Assembly: GCA_002430735.1 (NCBI GenBank)
Contig: DJCV01000008.1
Span: 3,111 to 67,110, forward strand
DNA from: Candidatus Woesebacteria bacterium UBA5941
GTDB lineage: Bacteria; Patescibacteriota; Microgenomatia; UBA8517
Length of the DNA: 64,000 nt
Reading direction: 5' to 3'
Of this stretch, positions 49,594 through 58,616 are shown piece after piece (within the stretch, counting starts at the first letter, position 1; every line of letters starts with the position of its first letter). Under the pieces are notes generated by a model. The model made no database searches. It was not told where the DNA came from and saw only the letters and a program-made list of their open reading frames with translations. The position numbers were made by a program, and so were the translations under genes.

Positions 49594-50721
49594 TTATTTC
49601 TTTTTATTTCTCCAGATCACGCGGCTATACATGAAGTAGTTATACGGAAGCACTAAAAACGCGACGACGAATCCTAATACCAGAAAATCGTATTTCTCCC
49701 CAACCAAGCGGACTCCGAGCGGACCGAACACTGATTGAATAAGCAGTGCTCCGGCTGATGTTATATTAAACTCAATAAACTTCTTTGCAATTTCGCCGAG
49801 TCCTGAAATCTTTTTGTCCCTAAATGTCCAAATATTATTGAATGTAAAATTATTAACAATCGCTAATTCCGTAGACAAAAACCACGCCAAAACTTCGACA
49901 AACCCAATGGAACGAAAAACTCGAAGCAATACCAAGTTGATCAAAAACCCGGTAAATCCAACAACCGCAAATTTGAGCAATTTCTCGCTTGCTCTTAACC
50001 GAAGAAGCAGAACAACTTTGTATGTCGCAACCATTTCTTTCAAGCTGAATTTAGAGGTTTCCTCTTTTCGAGTACCAAATTCAATTGGTACTTCAACTGT
50101 TTTCTTTGCAAGTTTGACAGACTGATAAAACAAATCCACTTTAAACGCAAATCGATGTAATTCCATTAAATGATCAAGATCAATTTTATCGAGGACACCT
50201 TTTACGCGTGTTAAGCGAAATCCTGTTGTCGTGTCGTGTAATGATGGAAGAAATAACATTACGCGAGCAAATAAATTACCCCAATAACTCACAGCTTTTC
50301 GATGCCATGCCCACTCTTTTGGGATTGAACCTCCAGGAATATAGCGACTACCAATTACATAATCAGCACCTTCTGAATATGCATGGACAAGATCGGCAAC
50401 ATATTTTGGATTGTGTTGAAAGTCAGCATCCATCTCAATAGTTGCATCGGCTTTCAATTCGTGCATGGCGTGCTTCATTCCTCGAACGTATGCCATACCA
50501 AGACCCGCTTTTTGTCCAGATAATAAATGTACATTCTTGTGCTTTAGAGACGCCTTTTTCACAATATCACCAGTACCATCTGGTGAATTATCATCAACTA
50601 CGAGTAAATGCATTTCTACATTTTTAATCCGAGGGAACTCTTCATTGACAAGTACATCAATCATTCGAGAAATATTTGAAGCCTCGTTATACGTAGGGAT
50701 GATTACTACAATTTTACTCAT
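49594..50721 (-). CDS. polyprenol-phosphate mannosyltransferase-like GT2 (DPM1/Ppm1-like) fused to a C-terminal GtrA-like membrane domain
   Basis: VVIIPTYNEASNI...LLVVDDNSPDGT...MDADFQHNP matches the DPM synthase signature DAD-x-QH-xP. The C-terminal 120 aa have four hydrophobic helices (FAVVGFTGFLINLVLL), like the GtrA family. Confidence 0.85.
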   Translation of the reverse strand: MSKIVVIIPTYNEASNISRMIDVLVNEEFPRIKNVEMHLLVVDDNSPDGTGDIVKKASLKHKNVHLLSGQKAGLGMAYVRGMKHAMHELKADATIEMDADFQHNPKYVADLVHAYSEGADYVIGSRYIPGGSIPKEWAWHRKAVSYWGNLFARVMLFLPSLHDTTTGFRLTRVKGVLDKIDLDHLMELHRFAFKVDLFYQSVKLAKKTVEVPIEFGTRKEETSKFSLKEMVATYKVVLLLRLRASEKLLKFAVVGFTGFLINLVLLRVFRSIGFVEVLAWFLSTELAIVNNFTFNNIWTFRDKKISGLGEIAKKFIEFNITSAGALLIQSVFGPLGVRLVGEKYDFLVLGFVVAFLVLPYNYFMYSRVIWRNKKK

Positions 50722-51302
50722 GGCATTATTGAAGTTGCCGCAGCAAAGAGCATTCCCTGTATTACAAATAGTGCAATCAATGGAACAACGAGAACGAAAA
50801 ACGCTTTTGTTTTGGTAATTTTATAGTGTACTGAGATACCAACAACGAGCAAGTATAAACTGTATAGTCCAAAAAACCCTCCAACGACTGGAATCCATCC
50901 GAACAATGAGAGAGGCGCTCGAGAATAAGTGAATGTTTTGTATGCGTTCCAATAAGTGCCTTTTAATCTACATACACGAAACCACAAATGAAGCGCTCCT
51001 GACCAAACAAATCCAAGCAAAACAACTAATATTGCAGATAAGAAGAATGCAGGCAATAATTCTAAAAACTGAGGTCTATCATCCGGACTAAATACACCCT
51101 GCAACTGGTTTTGAAACAATGGATAGAGAAGAGTAACCTCAAGTAACCCCATAACTGATGCAATAACAGATAAAACAATTGAATAGGTGAATGCTGGCTT
51201 CCACCCTTTTTCCTTCTCAATACCTTTATAAAAAGCAACAGGGGTTCTAAGAATGCTTTTTGTCTTCTCTACAAATTCTTTTGGGTCAAATGTTAACTCC
51301 AT
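50718..51302 (-). CDS. small polytopic membrane protein (Yip1-domain-like), function unknown
   Basis: 194 aa. A hydrophilic N-terminal 35 aa is followed by five hydrophobic helices. The ATGA overlap places it as the first gene of the downstream transcription unit. Confidence 0.4.
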   Translation of the reverse strand: MELTFDPKEFVEKTKSILRTPVAFYKGIEKEKGWKPAFTYSIVLSVIASVMGLLEVTLLYPLFQNQLQGVFSPDDRPQFLELLPAFFLSAILVVLLGFVWSGALHLWFRVCRLKGTYWNAYKTFTYSRAPLSLFGWIPVVGGFFGLYSLYLLVVGISVHYKITKTKAFFVLVVPLIALFVIQGMLFAAATSIMP

Positions 51303-51362
51303 ACGCTAATTGTATGGCAAATTCCCAAAGTGTCAAAGAGAGAAGTTCGGTATACTAGCAGT

Positions 51363-52061
51363 ATGAAGATTGATATCCTAAGTCTATTTCCTAAAATGTT
51401 TACAGGTCCTTTTGATGACTCGCTCATGGCACGTGCACAAGCAAAGAAGCTTGTAACAATCACTATTCACGATTTACGACAATTTGGTCTTGATGAGAGA
51501 AAAACCATAGATGACAGACCGTACGGAGGAGGCGTCGGCATGCTTATGATGATTGAGCCAATTGAGAAAGCGATTCACAAACTTACTAAAAGAAAGTTAC
51601 TCTCCAACCCGTTCCGGAAAAAGAAAACTCGTGTAATATTGCTGACTCCGAGAGGAAAGAGATTTACTCAAGAAAAAGCTCAGGAATTATCAAAGCTTGA
51701 TCACTTAATCTTAATTTCAGGAAGATACGAAGGATTCGATGAGCGCATCCATGATCACCTCGTAGATGAAGAGTTGTCCATTGGTGACTATATACTCATG
51801 GGCGGAGAACTTCCGGCAATGGTTGTTACGGAAACGGTTGTCCGCCTCGTTCCTGGGGTAATACAAAAGGAGGATGCAACTAAATATGAAAGTTTTAGTG
51901 ATCCAAGATTGCTTGAAGCCCCTCAATACACCCGGCCCGAAAATTACAAAGGATGGAAAGTACCATCTGTATTATTAACTGGCGATCACAAAAAAATTAA
52001 TGAGTGGAAGAAAAAAATGGCACAGGAGAAAACTTCAAAAAACAGACCAGATCTTATTTAG
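51363..52061 (+). CDS. trmD: tRNA (guanine37-N1)-methyltransferase TrmD
   Basis: MKIDILSLFPKMF...RPYGGGVGMLMMIEP...LISGRYEGFDERI...GDYILMGGELPAMVVTETVVRLVPGV are the canonical TrmD SPOUT motifs. The start is set by alignment to the TrmD N-terminus. The ORF-track start at 51330 is a GTG extension. Confidence 0.9.
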   Translation: MKIDILSLFPKMFTGPFDDSLMARAQAKKLVTITIHDLRQFGLDERKTIDDRPYGGGVGMLMMIEPIEKAIHKLTKRKLLSNPFRKKKTRVILLTPRGKRFTQEKAQELSKLDHLILISGRYEGFDERIHDHLVDEELSIGDYILMGGELPAMVVTETVVRLVPGVIQKEDATKYESFSDPRLLEAPQYTRPENYKGWKVPSVLLTGDHKKINEWKKKMAQEKTSKNRPDLI

Positions 52062-53892
52062 ACTCTAGATTTTGGTAAATAACTTGCAAAAGTATTGATC
52101 GAAGTTTCATCCCTCCACGATTACTTTGTAAGAAATTGATTTCATTCTGTGCCTTTTCGGGATCTGTATATGAAATATATGCGAGTAGTAAATCTCCCCA
52201 CTCATGAGACACGGGGTTTCCATCGCGGTAAATATCATTCACGACTGCGTCATAGTTGGTGAATGATGATAAGTATTGAGAGGCGGGCGTAATTGGAAGG
52301 AACTGAATTCCGTATATGTGCATTTTCTCTCCACTAAACCATGTTGCAAAATCTCTTTTCCCACTCCAAACAAGTGATGCCATTGGGTGTGCATACCCAG
52401 CAGGGAAAGGATTATTGTTTCCAAACCAGTATGTTTTTGTTCCTAACAACTCTTGTGAAAAAAGCCAGTATGCCAAGTCTTCTAATTCTGTGTCACCTGT
52501 AACAACAGCCCACTGTTGAAGTGCATACCATGCGTTCAATGCTTCACTCGTTGATTCTTGATTGTTACCATCACCGAAGTTTGCTTGACCATCGGCCCAC
52601 GAATGACTTTCGTACGGTGAAAAGTTGCGGAGATACGGATGCCGTTTACTTGCTCTATCAGTTTCAGCGATGTCATGAATCATTTCTAGTATTTGCTTAT
52701 CGAGCCAATTGGCTGATTCTGGTTTTTCGCGTCTCACGATAGCTGCTGCGCGAATATAATATGCCCAATGAAAATGGTGATCATTTCCATTCTCATGTCC
52801 AAACTCAGGGTTATTTGCAATCAACATTTTCTTTTCATCAGAATAAGTCAGTTCTTGTAACTGCCTTCGCAAAATGTCTTCAATTTTCGCAAGAAGTAAC
52901 TGTTTAGATTCATCTTTCTTGTAGAGTTGCGCAATCTGAAATGCTGAAGACAATGCACCCAGATATGTTCCTTTAAAGTACACTCCAGGTGGTTCCTGCT
53001 CAAGCAATATTGCCTCAGTATCTTTTTCTAAAGCCTCGATAATTTCTTCTCTATATGTAGTATTTGAAATTTCCAAGAACGTATTCTTTAAGACCGGCTT
53101 GGGCGCAGTAACAGTAAAGCTATCAGCAATTATTAACTGTAAAGTTCCAAGGGCTGAATTATAAGAACCAATAAATGGAGGCTTTTCAATGATAGCCGTT
53201 TGGTGGTGCGGCATGATCGCAATTGGGGTAGTCTTTTTGTTTTCAGTCACAAAACGTAATGTTGTATTAACAGTCGTCTTGTCTACCGCTCGATCAGCTG
53301 CTGTAAATTCTATTGGATCCCATGGTATGTTTGTTAAGCTCGTACGTTCAAATTCAGGCTCGATTGGGAAAATGGTTAATCTGAACTTTCCAGGTTCAAA
53401 AGTTTGTAACGCATATCTAGTTTGTGCCGCAGCATCGCATGATAATTGAACACCCTCAAACTGTTCCATGAACAGAAATGGCGATCCTAAAGTCATTCGG
53501 ACAAAACCTTCCGTTCCATTTGCAAGACTTATTTTCAGCAGCGTAGACCAATCTGAATAATTGACTATCTCAGTCTTTGAAATATCAGAACCAAACACTA
53601 ACGTACATTCAGATGAACCAGACCCATATACAGTCCTTTCTACTGCTTTGACTTCAGGGATTGAAACAACAACACCTTTCTTCTCTAGTTTATAAATACC
53701 TGGAAAAGCAAACACATTAGCACTAGGGAAGGAATACAAACTACTCATCCATGAGTTTGTTCGTTTAGGCTGGTTCCTATGAATTTCCACTGTTGAAGTA
53801 GAGGGTGTATTTGCTTTCGGAGTTAAACCAACACTGGCAATGACGCCGACAAGCAATGTTGCAATACCTAGTAGCATTACTTTTTTAATCAC
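52054..53892 (-). CDS. glycoside hydrolase family 81 (endo-beta-1,3-glucanase), membrane-anchored or secreted
   Basis: NDHHFHWAYY corresponds to the GH81 NDHHFHYGY block. QESTSEALNAWY corresponds to the GH81 E-x-x-x-E catalytic pair. The N-terminus is a hydrophobic anchor or signal (MIKKVMLLGIATLLVGVIASV). Confidence 0.7.
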   Translation of the reverse strand: MIKKVMLLGIATLLVGVIASVGLTPKANTPSTSTVEIHRNQPKRTNSWMSSLYSFPSANVFAFPGIYKLEKKGVVVSIPEVKAVERTVYGSGSSECTLVFGSDISKTEIVNYSDWSTLLKISLANGTEGFVRMTLGSPFLFMEQFEGVQLSCDAAAQTRYALQTFEPGKFRLTIFPIEPEFERTSLTNIPWDPIEFTAADRAVDKTTVNTTLRFVTENKKTTPIAIMPHHQTAIIEKPPFIGSYNSALGTLQLIIADSFTVTAPKPVLKNTFLEISNTTYREEIIEALEKDTEAILLEQEPPGVYFKGTYLGALSSAFQIAQLYKKDESKQLLLAKIEDILRRQLQELTYSDEKKMLIANNPEFGHENGNDHHFHWAYYIRAAAIVRREKPESANWLDKQILEMIHDIAETDRASKRHPYLRNFSPYESHSWADGQANFGDGNNQESTSEALNAWYALQQWAVVTGDTELEDLAYWLFSQELLGTKTYWFGNNNPFPAGYAHPMASLVWSGKRDFATWFSGEKMHIYGIQFLPITPASQYLSSFTNYDAVVNDIYRDGNPVSHEWGDLLLAYISYTDPEKAQNEINFLQSNRGGMKLRSILLQVIYQNLESK

Positions 53893-54643
53893 GAATAATA
53901 AGTTTGTTCCAGAAATCAGTCAGGGTGTCTGCTGGTCTTTTTGCAGTAGTGTTCTCAACCCATTTAACGTCTAAAATTTCCCCATTTAAAAAAGCTGACC
54001 CTTCCCCTTCATCGACAAAGCCAAATAACAATTCGTAATTCAGCTCTCCTCCAGGATTTACCCCATCGACTTTGCTAATCCCGATATAACGAACTGTATA
54101 AGTTAAGCCAAGTCTTGTACTCAAGGCTTCAAACGACTTGGCATGCTCAATTTCACTTAGACGATGAGCAGGCAATACAGTTTTTAACTTTACATCCTTA
54201 TCTGCAAAAATAACTGCCACTTTTGAGTTTTGCGCTAAATTGCTTCCAACACTCACATTTATCGAATCTACAACCCCATCTCTCGGGGCTCTAATTTCAA
54301 GAAGCTTTACGTTATTTTTTAAGACTTCAGCTTCAGTTTGTGCAGATAAATTTTCTGAGGAAAACTGACTTAATGTGCTTAATCTACTTTCTAGTAACTC
54401 ATCTCTCAATCTTACAAGGACATCTCCTTCTTTTATTGATTGGCCGCTATTGACCATCACCTCTTCTACGGTTCCAGCAACCGCGTTAGATACTATTAGT
54501 TCATCTTTATTGATAGTTAATGAAAATTGATTAGCGTTTAGTCGCAATGAGTTAGTTTTGCGAGCGAGTGACAACCCTGCAACTGCAAAAACTGCGATGA
54601 ATACGACAACAAGATATATTGTGTTTAGGATTGTCTTTCTCAT
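53885..54643 (-). CDS. HlyD-like periplasmic adaptor / membrane fusion protein
   Basis: N-terminal transmembrane anchor. Biotin-lipoyl-like hairpins are present: GTVEEVMVNSGQSIKEGDVLVRL and EIRAPRDGVVDSINVSVGSNL. The stop overlaps the downstream start as ATGA. Confidence 0.6.
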   Translation of the reverse strand: MRKTILNTIYLVVVFIAVFAVAGLSLARKTNSLRLNANQFSLTINKDELIVSNAVAGTVEEVMVNSGQSIKEGDVLVRLRDELLESRLSTLSQFSSENLSAQTEAEVLKNNVKLLEIRAPRDGVVDSINVSVGSNLAQNSKVAVIFADKDVKLKTVLPAHRLSEIEHAKSFEALSTRLGLTYTVRYIGISKVDGVNPGGELNYELLFGFVDEGEGSAFLNGEILDVKWVENTTAKRPADTLTDFWNKLIIRD

Positions 54644-56142
54644 ATATTATTTAGTATTGCATTTTTACGTTCACCATTTATGAACAGTACTAATAAATAC
54701 ATGTTCCATGCAGCCAGTGCAGAATAGAAAACAGTAGCCCAAAAGTCTATTGGATTATACCATCCCATAATCAAGCTCAGTATTGTCAGTGCAATTAAGA
54801 AGACGTGTGGCCAGAGCCACTTCATAATTGGGTCAGATTTCTTTTTCTTGGCAGCAGTAGCAACCCATTCGTTTCGGCTACCCCGCATTACAGCTACAAG
54901 GGCTAAAATATATGGATAAAATGAAGCTAGTGATACTGAAATTGTCGAAATTCTAATCTTACCTAACAATAGCCAGCTTAGAAGATAGTACATCGAAACG
55001 TAAGGTAAATAGTGTATCAGCCAGACTGCAGAACTATTTGCATTTAGTGGCTTAATTTCGAATAGAAGATAAATGATCGGAAATAAAAGATATGCCAGTA
55101 TCGTGATAGAAACGAAATAGTATGAGTTTGATAAAAAGTACTGAAGCTTCTGATCAAGTGTCAGGTGGATTGATGCAAGTGGATTTCGCTCAAAAAACAT
55201 GGATAGCCCTCCGGTAGCCCAACGAAGCTGCTGCTTGAAGTAACTTTCAATTCTATCAGGGGCCATTCCTTCAGCAAGTATCTCGTTCACAAAAATTGTT
55301 TTTAAACCTAACTCATGCAATTTATATGACGTCCAGATGTCTTCTGAATGTGAAACCTGTGCGATACCCCCAATTTTATCAATAGCGCTCCTCCTGAAAA
55401 TCATATTTGTTCCGACACAGAAAGCTGAGTTGCTCAGGTTTTTGGCTGGGCAAACATACTTATAAAAAATTTCTTGGGCCTGAGAAGTACCTTCAGCGAT
55501 AAAATTATGTGTGTTTGTGAAATATTGAGGGGACTGAACCATGGCTACCTCAGGGTCTGACATATATGGTATTAATTTCTTAATAAAGTTGCTCTTCGGA
55601 ACTTGATCTGCATCAAGAATCACAAAAAAATCGGCATCACTTGCGATACGTAAACCGTTATTAACATTGCCCGCTTTTGCAAACTTGTTGCTTTCGCGAG
55701 ATACGTATCCAATAGATAACTCATCACACATTCTTTTTATTTCAGCAGAGTTACCATCATCTAAAATAAAAACCTTATGGTGATAGTCGATATTCTTAGC
55801 AGCAATTGCTGTTTTCAAAACAATGTTTGCAGGCTCACCCGCAACAGTTACTAGGACATCAACAGTCGGCTTCGTTTTCATAAAGGATTTGTTTTTCAGA
55901 AGATTAGTTGAGTTATGATGTTTAGGTACAAGAACATCAAAAAGGATAGTAAACCACAAACCCATGATCGAAAATATGCCAATGAAATCAGAGATTAATA
56001 GAAAAACATACAAAATAGGATTATCTGCGTTTACTGGATTAAATGCATAGCTCATATATAACCCAACTGCAGCAGGCGCCATAAACAGGAAAAGGATTGT
56101 AGTATTTGATAGGTGCTTTGCTTTTAAAATTAATTTTTCCAT
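54640..56142 (-). CDS. processive GT2 beta-glycan synthase (cellulose/curdlan/PNAG synthase-like)
   Basis: N-terminal transmembrane helices are followed by a GT-A domain with DDGNS, DADQV (DxD), SED and QQLRW (QxxRW) motifs, and then about four C-terminal transmembrane helices. There is no PilZ domain. The start MEKLIL was chosen. Confidence 0.8.
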   Translation of the reverse strand: MEKLILKAKHLSNTTILFLFMAPAAVGLYMSYAFNPVNADNPILYVFLLISDFIGIFSIMGLWFTILFDVLVPKHHNSTNLLKNKSFMKTKPTVDVLVTVAGEPANIVLKTAIAAKNIDYHHKVFILDDGNSAEIKRMCDELSIGYVSRESNKFAKAGNVNNGLRIASDADFFVILDADQVPKSNFIKKLIPYMSDPEVAMVQSPQYFTNTHNFIAEGTSQAQEIFYKYVCPAKNLSNSAFCVGTNMIFRRSAIDKIGGIAQVSHSEDIWTSYKLHELGLKTIFVNEILAEGMAPDRIESYFKQQLRWATGGLSMFFERNPLASIHLTLDQKLQYFLSNSYYFVSITILAYLLFPIIYLLFEIKPLNANSSAVWLIHYLPYVSMYYLLSWLLLGKIRISTISVSLASFYPYILALVAVMRGSRNEWVATAAKKKKSDPIMKWLWPHVFLIALTILSLIMGWYNPIDFWATVFYSALAAWNMYLLVLFINGERKNAILNNI

Positions 56143-58097
56143 AGGTGTTTTATAAACTGTACGGTAGATATTGAGAGCAATACTCCAAGACCAAGAAATT
56201 GTAATGGCCAGTACCAAACTGGCCAGTTGTTGGTCAATGTTACTTCGGTACCATTAAAGTTTGTTAAATCTACTTTCATATAATTAATACTAGTTGGTTG
56301 TATCTTCAGATTGGGATTACTGATAACCCAATTTGAATCATAGTTCTGCATTATTAATAGTATCGGATGGGAAAATTGTGAAGCAGACCCAAGCGAAGAA
56401 AGTTCTAAAATATTTGTGTCCTTGAATTCTAGGTTTACCGGGACTATTTTGGCCGAACGAACTAACTTAGCATATGTTGATACTTGCTGATCCCATTGTG
56501 TATATGTGTCAGCGTTTAGAGTTGGAGTTGAGAGCTTCACATTTTCTATATTAGAAAGATCCTCAGATTCAACTAAAAAAGCATATGAGATGGGCTGCTT
56601 ATTTTGAATAATAGAATAAGATTTATTGTTACCCTCAAGTCTGTCTACAACCGTAAATATGTCTGGTGCGTTAGTAACAATCTCAACAAGTCGCGAGTTT
56701 GTAGGAAGAACTAAATATTCAACACCCTCGACTGCAAGATAGTCCTTAATAAGTTCCATCTTCTTTTCGGATAATCCCGTGTAGGCACCTTCCTCTGCCA
56801 TTAAGCCGGAGAACCGCAGAGATAACGGGCTTGGTAAAAGATGTGTGTTATACGACCCTGCCATTCTTACGTTTGGTTCAAAATAACTTGCTTCGGAATC
56901 ATTACTATAGAAAACGCTTCCTTTTATTTCTTTATCGTGAAAATAAGTAACCGGGCTTATGACGTTGTTTGTAGGAAGTGAACCAAAATCACTAGCAACC
57001 TGAACTGCGTTTACACTAACGATCCCCAGGAACACAGCAACAAGTGTTAGAAATTTAATTGATTTTTTGTCTACAAATAACCTATCTATAACAAAAGCAA
57101 AACTTACTATTAACAATATGCCGACATAATACATCCCACGAGTGAACTGGGTTTGATATATAAAACCAGGCAAATATCCTTTTGTTGCAAAAATGACAGC
57201 TAAAATATAAACGATACAGAAAGAGAGAATAATTTTCGGCTGATCTGGTATGGTTTTCCACCGCAACACACAAATTCCAATCGATAACACTAGCAGCATC
57301 ATGATTGGCAAACTGAGTCCATAATAATCGCCAACCACAGCATTAAAAGCGAAAGTCACAGAGGTCAAATACGGGTTAGAAAACTTGACCGGCACAATTA
57401 AGTAATTAATAAAAAATGAAGAAGCAGCTATTAAGCTTACTCCAGCGGAGTATAGTCCTGTTTTTGAAAATAATTTTTTATAGAAAAGAAGTGAAAAGAA
57501 ATGCAAACCAAACATTACAATACCCAAGACAGGATGAAGGCTCCAAGAGTAACCAGCAATTGCGCTTAAAAGGATCCACTGCTTGTTCGCTGACTTCGTT
57601 AGGTAAAAGGATAAGTATAGTAACAGATAAACAGCAGGAAAAAAGATTGTATATTCTTTCACAGCAGCCCACTCTTGGGATATGTTAAACGACAAGATGG
57701 TTACACACAAAGCAACTATGGCGGAAATATTGAAAACTCTTAACATTGCGTAGAGAACAACTCGCAATGAAATAAAAATAAAAGCAGTAGAAATGAGAAT
57801 AGCTTGCGAAGCAGATATCTTTAAGAAAATTGTGAGCACTGCAGCTGTAACATGTGGAATGTACTGATATAGTCGCCAGTAATTGATCCCATTCGCCCAG
57901 ATGTGATCCCATGAGACTATTCCATGCTCAAGTATCGAACGCACGCGAAAAGCTTGATATATCCAATCCTGGTAGCCTGTGGCCAAATAATTGTACTTAC
58001 TATACTGTCCAATTAAAAAATAACCCATTGCGACAATTGCAAACAAGAACAACACTTCAACTATTAAAACTATGTATTTGTTGAAGAAATTTTTCAT
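56130..58097 (-). CDS. large membrane protein (655 aa): N-terminal polytopic region, central extracytoplasmic domain, C-terminal transmembrane helix. Likely an accessory of the synthase module
   Basis: Hydrophobicity pattern only. It is the first gene of the unit and is followed by the overlapping synthase gene. Confidence 0.45.
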   Translation of the reverse strand: MKNFFNKYIVLIVEVLFLFAIVAMGYFLIGQYSKYNYLATGYQDWIYQAFRVRSILEHGIVSWDHIWANGINYWRLYQYIPHVTAAVLTIFLKISASQAILISTAFIFISLRVVLYAMLRVFNISAIVALCVTILSFNISQEWAAVKEYTIFFPAVYLLLYLSFYLTKSANKQWILLSAIAGYSWSLHPVLGIVMFGLHFFSLLFYKKLFSKTGLYSAGVSLIAASSFFINYLIVPVKFSNPYLTSVTFAFNAVVGDYYGLSLPIMMLLVLSIGICVLRWKTIPDQPKIILSFCIVYILAVIFATKGYLPGFIYQTQFTRGMYYVGILLIVSFAFVIDRLFVDKKSIKFLTLVAVFLGIVSVNAVQVASDFGSLPTNNVISPVTYFHDKEIKGSVFYSNDSEASYFEPNVRMAGSYNTHLLPSPLSLRFSGLMAEEGAYTGLSEKKMELIKDYLAVEGVEYLVLPTNSRLVEIVTNAPDIFTVVDRLEGNNKSYSIIQNKQPISYAFLVESEDLSNIENVKLSTPTLNADTYTQWDQQVSTYAKLVRSAKIVPVNLEFKDTNILELSSLGSASQFSHPILLIMQNYDSNWVISNPNLKIQPTSINYMKVDLTNFNGTEVTLTNNWPVWYWPLQFLGLGVLLSISTVQFIKHLWKN

Positions 58098-58190
58098 AAA
58101 CGAATTAAATTCTATGGGATTTCAGAAGTGTTTTTCAATGGGCATATAACTAAGTCAAATTATTTAGAAACGAATGTTGGGGTAGATTAA

Positions 58191-58436
58191 TTAATATGCA
58201 CGAACTGTCTTCTTCATCTTTTTCGAAACTCTTGTTGTTCCAACTGCGATTCCACTTACAGCAATGAGTATTAATAAAAGTCCACCTCGGTCCTCAGAAA
58301 ATGAGTCTGCAATACTGTATGACTGACTTGTTACAGATGCAGCTTCGTTTGTAATCTCCTGACTGTAAACAGTTTGAGGCAGAGCCAAGAAAAGGATGAG
58401 TAAATATGGTAAGAAAATGGTAAGAATTTTTTTCAT
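58191..58436 (-). CDS. small exported protein (81 aa) with an N-terminal signal peptide and a C-terminal hydrophobic anchor plus basic tail
   Basis: MKKILTIFLPYLLILFLALPQTVYS is signal-like. GGLLLILIAVSGIAVGTTRVSKKMKK at the C-terminus resembles a sorting-signal tail. Confidence 0.35.
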   Translation of the reverse strand: MKKILTIFLPYLLILFLALPQTVYSQEITNEAASVTSQSYSIADSFSEDRGGLLLILIAVSGIAVGTTRVSKKMKKTVRAY

Positions 58437-58596
58437 GAATTGTCTTTACTTTGGTTTACAACAATTAAAAGTGAGTGCACACTATACCAGAAAATGAGGT
58501 TAATTTCAAATCTATAGGATTTGTCTTTAAATATTAAAACTAATAAAAATATCAGTTTCTTTAATTGAATTAGTAAATACTTGGGCTTTACAAGGA

Positions 58597-58605
58597 TGTT
58601 ATAAT
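58597..58605 (+). promoter_or_regulatory. extended -10 promoter element TGtTATAAT
   Basis: TG at 58597-58598 and TATAAT at 58600-58605, 11 nt before the ATG at 58617. No -35 element sits at a proper spacing, and the leader is very short. Confidence 0.3.
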
Positions 58606-58616
58606 GAGAATCTACG

